Source of the DNA: Candidatus Bathyarchaeota archaeon
Lineage (GTDB): Archaea > Thermoproteota > Bathyarchaeia > 40CM-2-53-6
Assembly (NCBI GenBank): GCA_963726255.1
Contig: CAVSBL010000002.1
Location: 32,001 to 96,000 of the forward strand
Direction of reading: 5' to 3'
DNA length: 64,000 bases
Part shown: piece after piece, positions 20,161-30,157 of the stretch
How the letters are laid out: each line of letters opens with the position of its first letter
How positions within the stretch are numbered: position 1 is the stretch's first letter
Translations under genes and position numbers: made by a program
Notes under the pieces: generated by a model
The model's input: only the letters and a program-made list of their open reading frames with translations
The model's database searches: none
What the model was told of the DNA's origin: nothing

Positions 20161-20709
20161 GTGTTGGAAACCTTTTCCGGCCTCGTCAGACGGGTCGCAA
20201 GGTCCCTCAACCGCAGTACATTGCAGTATATGTTCACAGGAGCAATAGCTTCAAGCTTCTATGGCCGCCCGCGAACGACACTCGATATTGACATCGTTGT
20301 CGCGGCCCAGCAAAAGGAGCTTGAAAGGCTCGCAAAATCGCTAAAGCAAGCCAGCCTAATAGTTAGCAAGAGAAAGCTCAAGATTGCATGGAACTCGGAT
20401 TATCGGATTGCCACTCTCGAAGACAAGAAGAGTCCATACACAGTCGACATCATATTCACTGACCAAGAACTGGACCGAATTGCAGGGCGCATCTCAGGCA
20501 TACCCACCTATTACGAAACCGCAGAATCACTCATACTTGCAAAGCTGAGAATGCTCAAGGTCACAATCCAACCCGAGAGGGCCGCAACCGATCGCCAGGA
20601 TATCATAGCGATGCTCAAGATTACCAAAATTGATCTGAAATCATTGCGAAAGAATGCGGAAAGAGAGACCACCGCCAGAATCTTGGACGACTTGATGAGG
20701 GAATCCTAG
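20161..20709 (+). CDS. nucleotidyltransferase-fold protein (DUF6036-like)
   Basis: YMFTGAIASSFYGRPRTTLDIDIVV, ESLILAKL, DRQDI. Confidence 0.8.
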   Translation: MLETFSGLVRRVARSLNRSTLQYMFTGAIASSFYGRPRTTLDIDIVVAAQQKELERLAKSLKQASLIVSKRKLKIAWNSDYRIATLEDKKSPYTVDIIFTDQELDRIAGRISGIPTYYETAESLILAKLRMLKVTIQPERAATDRQDIIAMLKITKIDLKSLRKNAERETTARILDDLMRES

Positions 20710-20755
20710 TGCATGGAAATAGCTGAGCGAGGCGCCGACGATTTCCGAGCCTAAA

Positions 20756-21250
20756 TTGTACGTTTTGCTAATGAGGCAGGACGACCCGGCCAAATGTACC
20801 GCGGCAAAGTTAGCTCGATTCAGGCTTGCAATCCCACTGCATCGGATACAGCAAATCCCGCGCAGGTCCTTGGTTTTGAACCCTTTCGCAAACCAACGCC
20901 TTCTGCCAGCGGACAAGATCCAAGCCGTACAGCATGGATTAGTGGCTATCGACTGCTCTTGGGAGAAAGTGCAAGGGGCATTCATGATCCGCTTGCCTGG
21001 TCTTGGTAGACGCCTTCCAACATTCCTTGCGGCCAACCCCGTCAACTACGCCAAGCCGCACAAGCTGTCGTCAGTCGAAGCGCTTGCAGCTGGGCTCTGC
21101 ATAATTGGTTTCAAAGAGAAAGCGAGTCAACTGCTATCGCTCTTCAAGTGGGGCCCAACCTTCTTGACACTGAACGCTCAGCCTCTCGAAGCTTATTCAG
21201 CGGCGAACAGCGAGGATGAGATGGCGAAAGCAGAGGCCGAGTTCTTCTGA
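20756..21250 (+). CDS. tsr3: 16S rRNA aminocarboxypropyltransferase (DUF367)
   Basis: QDDPAKCTAAKL, AIDCSW, RRLPTFLAANPVNY, LSSVEALAA, FKWGPTFLTLN. Confidence 0.93.
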   Translation: MYVLLMRQDDPAKCTAAKLARFRLAIPLHRIQQIPRRSLVLNPFANQRLLPADKIQAVQHGLVAIDCSWEKVQGAFMIRLPGLGRRLPTFLAANPVNYAKPHKLSSVEALAAGLCIIGFKEKASQLLSLFKWGPTFLTLNAQPLEAYSAANSEDEMAKAEAEFF

Positions 21251-21372
21251 GCATTACATCAAAAGTAAGTTACCAGAGCCAACTGACGACAAGTTTAGGA
21301 TATTAGAAAATCTAGCCGCCAAACGAAACGTAACAGCCAAAATCATCCAGCTAACTCAACAGAAAGCCATAA

Positions 21373-21765
21373 TTGAACGAAGGATCATCAAACTCAGTAG
21401 GGGTTCATTTGTTAACCGCCGACGATGTTTTTCGCCTTCATCCGAAGATTAGATGGGTGGCTCTGTCAACAGATCCTACTACCGTGGTTTTCTCTGAAAT
21501 GCGGCCGGGTGTGAAGAGTTACACGCCTAACTCAGAGGATAGAGCATTCATGGAAATGGGCCCCTTATTCATGACCGGTGTAGCGGAGCGGTTGACGCCT
21601 CAAGGCACGGCTGGAAAACTAGAGTGCGTCATTGCATGTTTCGAGAAAGACTGTGTTCTCATGGCTAAGGTGCCAGATGGCCACCTGGCTCTGTCAGTAG
21701 ACGCCCCCCACGCATTATCCGTATTTCAAGAAATAATGCCTCAAATCCGCAAACTAACAGCTTAA
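21373..21765 (+). CDS. hypothetical protein (possible roadblock/profilin-like fold)
   Basis: PKIRWVAL...EMRPGVKS...GKLECVIACFEK pattern. Confidence 0.55.
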   Translation: MNEGSSNSVGVHLLTADDVFRLHPKIRWVALSTDPTTVVFSEMRPGVKSYTPNSEDRAFMEMGPLFMTGVAERLTPQGTAGKLECVIACFEKDCVLMAKVPDGHLALSVDAPHALSVFQEIMPQIRKLTA

Positions 21766-21998
21766 CGACCCATTCTGTAGGACTACTACTGATACTTCAC
21801 TGAGCGAGTCCACTCCATATTCAACTGTGGATAATGGCAGATGCTGAAGCGGAGTACTTCTAGAGTGATTTGAATGCAACGGGACTCGCGCCTTCAAAGT
21901 GCGGTGACAATTATGCGCACAGAACCGGCGCATCTGTGACTTTCAGGACTTGAGCTGGGTAACACAATGGAATTCACTGACGTAGCCTTCAGCCCTGT

Positions 21999-22238
21999 AT
22001 GTTGAGAGCGTTACGAGGCGAATGGCAACTTAATCATAAATATGCCTTGGTGAGTTTTGTTTTGGTGGTTCATCAGAGCTTGAGTTCAAAATCCGAAGCC
22101 GACAGTTGCCCAGTCTGTTCCCGTCAGCGTGAGGCTCTGAGAAAACTCTGGACTCAAGTCGCCGATCGCGCTCGCCCAACTGTGTTCAATTGGCACTGCT
22201 CTATGTGTGGCCAGGAACGAGAGCTAGTCATTGACTAG
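21999..22238 (+). CDS. small zinc-ribbon protein
   Basis: CPVC...HCSMCG; true start probably downstream (about 22080). Confidence 0.5.
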   Translation: MLRALRGEWQLNHKYALVSFVLVVHQSLSSKSEADSCPVCSRQREALRKLWTQVADRARPTVFNWHCSMCGQERELVID

Positions 22239-22313
22239 AAGCGTGATCCTTCGAATGGGAGTGTGACATTGGATGACGGCCAATTGGCCGAGATACCCGA
22301 TTTGTATTAGCCT

Positions 22314-24350
22314 TCAGGGGCGGTGTTTTCTTCTTCGTGTCGAGATTGTGGCGACCGCCCAGATTAGCAGGGCTATGGGTATTAGTGCTCCTATTATGCC
22401 TGCGATAATCAGCCTCTGCGTTTGAACCCTCGGGGATTGGATGACTTTGAGGTTATATGCGTCCGTTGCGATTCCATGGTTTCCAAAGCGGTCGTTGGCG
22501 CTGAACGAGAAGGTTAGGTTTCCCTCCTCGGGTACAGAGAAATACATGTGCCAAGCGCGTCCGGTGTCGTTGTAGGCTAGCGGCAGCGTGAAGACGCTAC
22601 CCGTAGAGTTAGCGTAAGAACCAGTCACATTACCAAAACCGTTCGTCAGCGTCGTACCGTTAGGATACCTGACCGTTACGTTCAGGTCCAGATTGCTTAG
22701 GGCGCTCATGGTTGAATTATTAGATGGGAGCGTGAACCTGAAGCGTGCCGGGATCACGATCGATGTGGATGTGTAGTTTCCTCCGTTGCCGTACGAATCG
22801 TGCGTCGCCCAGGTGATATTGTAGGGGCCGAGGGTTGCATTCTGCACAATGTAAAGCGAACCAGACCACACTAGAGTCGTTGAATTGATACTGAGTTCCG
22901 GCCTCCAGGTCAGATTTCCATGAGAAATCAGCAAGGTAGCCGTTGAATTCATCGGCGTTCCGTCTGGGTAGTACATCGTGTTCGTGACGTTCAGGGATGT
23001 TGTTCGCTCGGTAGTTGGGGGGGTTTGGAGTTGGAAGGTTGGAGAGGCACGTTGAACTTGTATCGTGGACGCGTCTGAGCCTGAATTGCCCCAAAGGTCT
23101 TGAACATTGTAACTTAGAGTCCAATTGCCAAGTGACGCGTTGACTGGGATTGTGTAGCGTGCAGGCACAAGCGTGCCATTCGCCGAGGCTGGGAGAGTGA
23201 TTTTCTCACCATCGGTTCGGGTGACGATCACGCTGGCCTGAGTTACGTTTGCGGCGTTGGCTCCGGTATGATATTCTGCTGAAATTGCTACTGTGATTGT
23301 TTGGGTTCGTTGCAGAGTTGGTTCTGATTGGATGATGAGTTGGAGTTTAGCGGGAACGACGTTGAAGTCTGTTGAGGCAGCTGGGCGACCTTGCCCTGTA
23401 TTTCCGTAGGCGTCGGTGAGGGTTTCTGGGTCGACTTGGAAGCGGTATGTGGTTGTGGTGTTCGCTGAGGGCGGGGGCACCCATGTTGCTCGCCATTCGC
23501 CTGTTGTTGAGTTAACAAGTGTGAGTGGGACGCTGGATACTCTCTGGCTTGATGTGATGATGTCCGCGGTGGCGTTTAGGGCTGTTGCGGGGGAATGGTC
23601 GGGGTATGAGAGCTGGTACGTGGCGTTCACCTCAGCGGTCCTCTCAACCTGTTTAGCTGGCGGGCTGAGGGCTTGCACGCTGATTGTTGTAGGCCTAACT
23701 ATGAAGAAGGAGCTGGTTCTGTCGGTTTGGTGTGCATCGAAGGTCAGCCCGGACAGCGTCGCGTTGAGAGTTCCGGTCACTGCCGATGGTGAGAGTTTGA
23801 AGGTGTAGGAGAACTCTCCGTTCGCTTGAGTAGCAACGTTTGTGGGGAAACCGGAGACGGATCGGTTGCTGGATCTTATGTCTAGGATGAGTGAGGAATT
23901 TGAGGCGAAGCCTCCTCCCGCGATTGTGACGCTTTTGGTTCTCTCGTAGCTAAGCGAGTCTGTTCCTATGATTCCGAAGTGCACGACCGCCTCTCTTGTG
24001 TCGGATATCGCGGACTTTGACAAGCTAAGGACGTAAGTCCCCGGAGGGTCGCTCGGTGATATCGAAATCACTATCGGAGCCTGAGTGGTGCCATTTACAC
24101 CTTTGAACGGTGTGCTAACTGGGTGGGCGAGGATCTGCTTGGGATTTTGTAGCCAGAGAGAATAAGTGACATTCGTTTCGAGATTCTCGGCCGTAACCTT
24201 GATTGTTCCCCCGATTTGCCATATCGGATAGATGGCCTGATCAGTTGTGAGTGTCCCCGACGCGGCTTGGACCTGGTGACTGTTTGCAAGCAAGCAAGTA
24301 GCATAGACGAATGCAATAAGGCAGACTGAGGCAGCTCTCATTTTCTTCAT
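22314..24350 (-). CDS. secreted, C-terminally anchored multi-Ig-like surface protein
   Basis: Signal peptide; repeated YPDG/DxxGN beta-sandwich motifs; many NxS/T sequons; C-terminal TM helix plus basic tail. Confidence 0.8.
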   Translation of the reverse strand: MKKMRAASVCLIAFVYATCLLANSHQVQAASGTLTTDQAIYPIWQIGGTIKVTAENLETNVTYSLWLQNPKQILAHPVSTPFKGVNGTTQAPIVISISPSDPPGTYVLSLSKSAISDTREAVVHFGIIGTDSLSYERTKSVTIAGGGFASNSSLILDIRSSNRSVSGFPTNVATQANGEFSYTFKLSPSAVTGTLNATLSGLTFDAHQTDRTSSFFIVRPTTISVQALSPPAKQVERTAEVNATYQLSYPDHSPATALNATADIITSSQRVSSVPLTLVNSTTGEWRATWVPPPSANTTTTYRFQVDPETLTDAYGNTGQGRPAASTDFNVVPAKLQLIIQSEPTLQRTQTITVAISAEYHTGANAANVTQASVIVTRTDGEKITLPASANGTLVPARYTIPVNASLGNWTLSYNVQDLWGNSGSDASTIQVQRASPTFQLQTPPTTERTTSLNVTNTMYYPDGTPMNSTATLLISHGNLTWRPELSINSTTLVWSGSLYIVQNATLGPYNITWATHDSYGNGGNYTSTSIVIPARFRFTLPSNNSTMSALSNLDLNVTVRYPNGTTLTNGFGNVTGSYANSTGSVFTLPLAYNDTGRAWHMYFSVPEEGNLTFSFSANDRFGNHGIATDAYNLKVIQSPRVQTQRLIIAGIIGALIPIALLIWAVATISTRRRKHRP

Positions 24351-24429
24351 AGAGATGACAACGTGCCCGGAGCGGTGAAGGACTACTTATATTTGGCGTG
24401 ACCAATTCGAACCAAAGAGAACACCACGA

Positions 24430-25605
24430 ATGCCTTCTAGAGCGCCCTCTACCGATCCATTGGGCGAAATCGAGACGTTAACTCGCGAGATTGCTAGCCT
24501 TGAGACTCAATTTTCGAACCGTAAACTGAGTCGGGACCAATTTGAGTCGATGTCTGAGCAACTCAAGGAGCGAATCTCGAACGCAGAATCGATGGCATAT
24601 GGGATGGCGAAGGCAGACGAATCCATCGCGAAACGAATGAGGGCTCGAACCTACAGCGAGATAGGCGTCCAGCAGGTATGCAATCATTTCATTTACGGTT
24701 CCAAGAAATCGTTGGAGCCTGAGTTTGGCGTGGACCGTGTCCCACGATATTTACTCGAGATTGAAGGTGGACAGAGGCTGCCAGTTGACACCGCACTCCT
24801 CGAACGACTCGCCAACATTAGGCTGCTCACGGCTACGCTGTTCGAGAAGATGCCCTTCTGCCCAAAATGCGGCACCCCATCGAACGTGTATGCGCGGTTC
24901 AAATGCACCCAGTGTGCGTCCATCGATATCACGATTAACCGTATGATTGAGCACCTGGCTTGCGGAACCATTCACGAGGAGAGGGCGTTTCGGCTTGGTG
25001 AGAATTTGGTGTGCCCTTCCTGCAAGAAAGTTCTCCAGAAGCCTGACGAGCAACGTTTGATCGGCCTAGTTTGCGCCTGTAACAAGTGCGGGGCGCATTT
25101 TGAAGACCCGTCCCAGAGTTTCTTCTGCAGAAAATGCGACGTTGACTTCAACCTTACAAGCGGCCTCATAACAGACGTTTACACTTACAACATCAACGAA
25201 AAGGTACTCCCCGAGATTCGCTCTCACATCGGTATACCTGCGATTGCGAAATTGCTTCAGAGCAACGGATTCGAGTTAACCATACCCGGAATCATCGAGG
25301 GCGCAGGGAAGCAGGCCCAATTCTCAATCGTCGCGCAGAAAGGGCCGAAAGTCATTGTAATAGATGTCGGCACGAGCGATGCTGAGGTCGAAGTAGAGCC
25401 GGTCCTAGAACTCTACGTGAAACTTCTCGAAGCCAAACCGGACGTGGCAGTTTTCGGAGCCATACCACGATTGTCGGCCACAGCCCGAGACGTGGCATCA
25501 AAGCATGGTATCTCAGTTGCTGAAGGTTCAACGCCCGACGAGGTTGCCCGCAAGATTTTGGAAATTACTGAAGCGGATATGCCGTCCCCCAAGATGCGAA
25601 CATAG
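24430..25605 (+). CDS. TackOD1-like multi-Zn-ribbon protein with C-terminal restriction-endonuclease-like domain
   Basis: CPKCG...CTQC...MIEHLACG...CPSC...CNKCG...FCRKC; C-terminal alpha/beta domain. Confidence 0.7.
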   Translation: MPSRAPSTDPLGEIETLTREIASLETQFSNRKLSRDQFESMSEQLKERISNAESMAYGMAKADESIAKRMRARTYSEIGVQQVCNHFIYGSKKSLEPEFGVDRVPRYLLEIEGGQRLPVDTALLERLANIRLLTATLFEKMPFCPKCGTPSNVYARFKCTQCASIDITINRMIEHLACGTIHEERAFRLGENLVCPSCKKVLQKPDEQRLIGLVCACNKCGAHFEDPSQSFFCRKCDVDFNLTSGLITDVYTYNINEKVLPEIRSHIGIPAIAKLLQSNGFELTIPGIIEGAGKQAQFSIVAQKGPKVIVIDVGTSDAEVEVEPVLELYVKLLEAKPDVAVFGAIPRLSATARDVASKHGISVAEGSTPDEVARKILEITEADMPSPKMRT

Positions 25606-25619
25606 GAGCAAGCACACAG

Positions 25620-27116
25620 ATGGTAGCCACACCCGTTAGCGCTCAAAGGGCGGAGCTGCAAGGCTCGATTGGACACGTAGCATATGATGAGGGTTTTCCC
25701 AGCGGCGAAAGTCAGTACTGCCGCGTGGAATGTGAAGATGCGAAGCCCCCGCGTGGCATGTATGTACGCATAGCCGACCCGTCGGGGGAATCTTTCGTTG
25801 CGCGAATCATTGATGGGCCGTTCTTCACGAAGGGTTCGCGTTCAACCTTCTACAGCCTCGAGCTTGGCGCCATGATTGTTGAGGAGCGTAAGACCGCGCT
25901 CCGAAGCCGACCCCAACCAGGAAGCCCAGTTACGTTGCTCGACGCTAATGCTACCCAAGATTACTTGGGACTCGCAGGGGACCTTAGACTTGGCCAGCTG
26001 CTGGGACAACCTGACGTCGTAATTTCCTTAGACTCCGGAACGTTGGTCCGGCACGTAGGGATATTCGGTACAACGGGCAGTGGGAAATCTAACACGCTTC
26101 AAGTAATCGCCGAAGAGGCCAGAAAGGGCGGCCGTGCGATCGCATTGTTTGACATTGAAGGCGAGTTTGTGCGGATGAACGAACCGACCGAAGACCTTAT
26201 CCCGCTACTCGCGGAATTCGGCGAGAAACCGGGTTCCATCGAAGACCTTCACGTTTACGTTCCCGCACCCAATGGCAGCCTCAACCCCAAGGCGAAAAAA
26301 TTCGGAATTCCATTCCAAGACCTTGATTTGGAGATTTTCGCCGATGTTCTGGGATTAACACCATTCGAACGCGTCTATTTGCTCGATGTCGCACGAAAGG
26401 CCAAAGACATGTCCGGAAGCCTTCAAGCGTATGATTTGAGTAGTGTAATGAACACCCTTAGGAGGAGGATTGAGGGCCAGGTTGACAGGACATCCGTACC
26501 TGAGATGGTTGCTGAAGCCCACATGGGCTTATTCACGAAGCTTTCCGTGGCTCAACGCGCAGCCATAATTGATGCACCATATGAGAAAGTCACACCTGAA
26601 GCACTGTGCGTCCCTGGTAGAATATCGGTGATTGATGTAAGCGAGTCTTCGGATGTCCTTCGTAACCTTTGCGTAGCCCACTATCTCCGGGACATTTTCA
26701 GGTACAAGACGCACCACCCAGAATCATCACCCCTGATGCTTTTCGTCGAAGAGATTCATACTTTCATTAGCAAAGGGAAGAGCAGTAAGATGATCGCCAC
26801 AATCACTATGCTCACCGAGATGGCGCGGCAAGGGAGGAAGAGGGGGCTTGGGTTGGGCATTGTATCGCAGCAGCCAGCCCTGCTGCCGTCTGAGCTAATT
26901 GAGCTCTGTAATACACGCTTCATTCACAAACTAGGTTCAACACCGAACCTCCAAGCCTTGCGGCAATCGACGGGCAACGTGCCCGATTCGCTGTGGGCGC
27001 TCTTGCCGTCGCTGGGAAAGGGAGAGGTGTTGGTATCCTCGCCCAAATTCGAACAGGCGATCATGGCTAAGATCAGGCCTAACACATCGAAAAGATTGCG
27101 AACTGAATTTGGATGA
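25620..27116 (+). CDS. HerA-like (DUF87/DUF853) ATPase
   Basis: RHVGIFGTTGSGKSN, FDIEGEF, FVEEIHTF, ARQGRKRGLG...SQQP, LGKGE. Confidence 0.9.
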   Translation: MVATPVSAQRAELQGSIGHVAYDEGFPSGESQYCRVECEDAKPPRGMYVRIADPSGESFVARIIDGPFFTKGSRSTFYSLELGAMIVEERKTALRSRPQPGSPVTLLDANATQDYLGLAGDLRLGQLLGQPDVVISLDSGTLVRHVGIFGTTGSGKSNTLQVIAEEARKGGRAIALFDIEGEFVRMNEPTEDLIPLLAEFGEKPGSIEDLHVYVPAPNGSLNPKAKKFGIPFQDLDLEIFADVLGLTPFERVYLLDVARKAKDMSGSLQAYDLSSVMNTLRRRIEGQVDRTSVPEMVAEAHMGLFTKLSVAQRAAIIDAPYEKVTPEALCVPGRISVIDVSESSDVLRNLCVAHYLRDIFRYKTHHPESSPLMLFVEEIHTFISKGKSSKMIATITMLTEMARQGRKRGLGLGIVSQQPALLPSELIELCNTRFIHKLGSTPNLQALRQSTGNVPDSLWALLPSLGKGEVLVSSPKFEQAIMAKIRPNTSKRLRTEFG

Positions 27117-27141
27117 TGAGAATGAAAGAGTGTGAGATGGT

Positions 27142-27879
27142 TTGAGTACGGTTGCTAGAGCTAAGACTGGAATACCCGGCTTAGATGAGGCCTTAGAGGG
27201 AGGCCTCCTGAGGAACCACGTGTACTCGGTCATTGGACCCCCAGGCGCCGGAAAGACGATCATGGCGGCCCAATTCATCTTCAGAGGCGCAACCCAATAC
27301 GCCGAGAACGGTGTTTACGCTTCCCTGGAGGAGGCACCGCACTCAGTCGCTAACAGCGTGATGCCTTTCAACTGGAACCTCTTCGACCTGGAAAGCCAAG
27401 GAAAAATCGTGCTAGTCGACGCGGCACCGTTTCAAGAGCGTCCCGGCTCGGAATTGAAGATTCGAGGAGGCGTTCTAAGTTCTGAGGCTTTCGATTTAGA
27501 CGGCCTGCTGGGCGTGATCGCCCATGCGCGTAAGAGGGTAGCAGCAAAGAGGTGTGTAATCGACTCCTTGGACGCCATGGGCGGAGTTTACAGGACCGAA
27601 TTCGAGTTTCGATTCAAACTTCTCCAATTTTTCCGAGCGCTCTCCCAGCTCGAACTGACTACGCTCGTGCTGACTGATGCGCCAACGCCTACGGTCGAGA
27701 AGTTCGGCGTCGAATCCATACTTGCGAGCGGATGTTTCATTCTCCACAACTCCACCAAAGAAGCACCGTCCCAGACTATGGAGATTCAAAAGATTCGTGG
27801 CATTAAAACACCGAAGCGGGTTATGGCATACAGGATTACGCCAGACGGGTTCGAGGTTAGACCACAAGAATCCGTATAG
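27142..27879 (+). CDS. KaiC/RadA-like (RecA superfamily) ATPase
   Basis: KTGIPGLDEALEGG, GPPGAGKT, SLEE, VIDSL, IQKIRG. Confidence 0.92.
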   Translation: MSTVARAKTGIPGLDEALEGGLLRNHVYSVIGPPGAGKTIMAAQFIFRGATQYAENGVYASLEEAPHSVANSVMPFNWNLFDLESQGKIVLVDAAPFQERPGSELKIRGGVLSSEAFDLDGLLGVIAHARKRVAAKRCVIDSLDAMGGVYRTEFEFRFKLLQFFRALSQLELTTLVLTDAPTPTVEKFGVESILASGCFILHNSTKEAPSQTMEIQKIRGIKTPKRVMAYRITPDGFEVRPQESV

Positions 27880-27893
27880 GACGTGGGACGAAC

Positions 27894-28910
27894 ATGACTG
27901 TCGCGAGCCAGGTGAAAGAAGACGCGCCGACCGGAATATATGCCAACACGGAGGCGAGGAAGATACTCCAATATTTGCTTGGGCACACCCAGACCGCCTT
28001 AGAGCCAAGTTTCCTAGCAAACGATGAGCTAAGCTACGGGCTGGTGGATACGATTCTAGGGAACGTACAGCTGAATGTCTCTGACTTGCTAAACGAGATG
28101 GTTTCGGCTGGCGCGCTGACTTCTGAACTTGTTGATACGGCCCCATCATGCCCCGAATGTGGCTCAAAACAGCTGAGCACAAGGTACACTTGCCCCAAGT
28201 GCTCAGCATACGACATAAACCGCACCTACCTCTTCGAGCACTTAAAGTGCGGCAAGATGGGGAATGAAGACAGTTTCAAGAAGGGCGGCGAGATCATTTG
28301 TCCGAACTGCCAGACAGTGCTGCACAACTATGCTGTTGAATACCGCGCGCTTGGCGTCTGGTACGAATGCAATAAATGCGGGAATTCATTCAACACCCCA
28401 AACCACTTGCACTTTTGCAGGTTCAAGCACCATAAGTTTTCGCCGGACCGCGTAAATCTCGTTCCAATCTACAGGTACGACCTAAACAAGAAGGCGATTG
28501 AACAAATCCGGAAGGAAATCCTCGTCTACGCAGAGGCGATAACATTCTTCGAAAATCTTGGGCTGAACGTGAAAGCACCCCACAGCTTACCGGGAAAATC
28601 TGGCGAACCTCAGCCTTTCGATATCGTTCTGGTGTTGCGGAAGAAAGGTTGGAGAGGCGAAGAAAAGCTTGTTGCAGTCGATGCGATAGTTGGCAACTCA
28701 GCGGTGGGAAACGATGCGGTAAAGAGCTTCGCTGGAAAAGTCAAGGAGGCGAAACCCTCTGACAGCTACCTGATCGCTGTCCCAGGATTATCAGAAGAAG
28801 CCCGCACGGTCGCTAAGAATCTGAGAGTAGACTACTTTGAGAGCCCGACGCTGAGCGAAGCTATGCAGGCTTTTCAATCAAAGAGCATAATCAAAGATTA
28901 CGTAAGATAG
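27894..28910 (+). CDS. TackOD1-like multi-Zn-ribbon protein with C-terminal restriction-endonuclease-like domain
   Basis: CPECGS...CPKC...LFEHLKCG...CPNC...CNKCG; LPGKSGEPQPFDIV; paralogue of 24430-25605. Confidence 0.75.
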   Translation: MTVASQVKEDAPTGIYANTEARKILQYLLGHTQTALEPSFLANDELSYGLVDTILGNVQLNVSDLLNEMVSAGALTSELVDTAPSCPECGSKQLSTRYTCPKCSAYDINRTYLFEHLKCGKMGNEDSFKKGGEIICPNCQTVLHNYAVEYRALGVWYECNKCGNSFNTPNHLHFCRFKHHKFSPDRVNLVPIYRYDLNKKAIEQIRKEILVYAEAITFFENLGLNVKAPHSLPGKSGEPQPFDIVLVLRKKGWRGEEKLVAVDAIVGNSAVGNDAVKSFAGKVKEAKPSDSYLIAVPGLSEEARTVAKNLRVDYFESPTLSEAMQAFQSKSIIKDYVR

Positions 28911-28966
28911 CTTCCTGGCCGCACCGTTCTCGCACCCATTTACGGCAGGCAAAGCGAGCCAGGTGA

Positions 28967-29551
28967 TTAGCGAAGCCCTACGCCAAGAGCCTGAATACAA
29001 GAACTATAATCGGGACCATTCGCGGTGGAGTCAATCTTCCTTTCTTCCCGGTCAATCATGCTTCTAATTCTTGCAACATGCTCATTGAGGCTAAGGTTCG
29101 GGACATCTACGAATTCCAAACCCAGCGTATCGTATAGTCTGTTGGCAATGCGTTTTTCGAGCGTCGCGGCACCTCTTCCGAGAGTCTTTACCAAGAGTTC
29201 GGAGAATTCATCGATGTGTGCTGGTATCTCTTCTTTCGCGAGGGAAGAATGACGCGCTAGATAATCGTAAATTGCCACTTTTACCTTTCCGCCGAGTAGG
29301 TCAGTTATGACTGCGTCAATGCAGTCCAGGAGGAGTTGGTCAGGTTGTCTGCGTGCAGCACTGCCTTGTATCGGTTGCCCAGAACACTGGTTCTCTAGTC
29401 GGCGAGTATTCCTGGTGAATAGGTTGACTGACATATCGGGAATCGACACATAGATGTGCCGTAAGAGGTATATTAATGTTCCATGATAGCCGGGATTGAT
29501 GGTTCGGTATGACTCAGCATTTCCATCCAAAGAGCTACGTGCGTTGGCCAA
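28967..29551 (-). CDS. NitrOD5/DUF3227-like small helical domain protein
   Basis: LLDCIDAVITDLLG...IYDYL...EEIPAHIDEFSELL...GRGAATLEKRIANRLY; true start likely downstream of 29551. Confidence 0.6.
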   Translation of the reverse strand: MANARSSLDGNAESYRTINPGYHGTLIYLLRHIYVSIPDMSVNLFTRNTRRLENQCSGQPIQGSAARRQPDQLLLDCIDAVITDLLGGKVKVAIYDYLARHSSLAKEEIPAHIDEFSELLVKTLGRGAATLEKRIANRLYDTLGLEFVDVPNLSLNEHVARIRSMIDREERKIDSTANGPDYSSCIQALGVGLR

Positions 29552-29649
29552 GAATCTGAGCGGAGGCTTTGAATGAGGTACGCTGGTCCAAGTGACACAA
29601 TCTTTTCAACTAAACAGCATAATCAAAGATTACGTAGGTAAGCTCCCAA

Positions 29650-30111
29650 TTGCACCGATCCTTATCGAGCCGCAAAGGTGCTTCTGAAGTCATAGCCGCA
29701 TTGCTCTTGATATTAATAACAGTGGCTGCAGCAGTTCTCCTGTACGGCTATGTCTCGGGCCTTATGGGCGGTCTGCTAGGGGGCGCCGTTCAACAACCGT
29801 ACCTGGAACAGGTTACACTGGACTACTACGACTGGACAACCCTCTCCGCACTGAAACTCACCATCCGAAACGTGGGGGTGACGAAGTTGAATATCGTGGC
29901 AGCAGACTACTTCATTAATGGCCAGCTAATCGCGAGCCCGACTATAGCATGTGGAACATTCACTGCAAGCGCACTTATCCCGCAAGGTTCTTGCCTGGTA
30001 ACATTGACTAGCCCGTCTGGACTTATCAGCGGTGTTGCTTACAGCGTCAAAATTGCTACGAAAGAGGGTGCTATTTTTTCCTATTCTTGTATCGCAGGCC
30101 AAGCAGCCTAG
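29650..30111 (+). CDS. archaeal type IV pilin
   Basis: Class III signal RKG|ASEVIAALLLILITVAAA; IRNVG motif. Confidence 0.9.
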   Translation: MHRSLSSRKGASEVIAALLLILITVAAAVLLYGYVSGLMGGLLGGAVQQPYLEQVTLDYYDWTTLSALKLTIRNVGVTKLNIVAADYFINGQLIASPTIACGTFTASALIPQGSCLVTLTSPSGLISGVAYSVKIATKEGAIFSYSCIAGQAA

Positions 30112-30157
30112 GGCTTCGGCATAGGTATACGCGACCTCTATGAAACTACTCCCAAGC

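Noticed and set aside
27142-27879. Circadian clock interpretation of the KaiC-like genes
   Set aside because: They are single-domain proteins with no kaiA or kaiB in the window; archaeal KaiC-like ATPases are widespread and are not evidence of a clock
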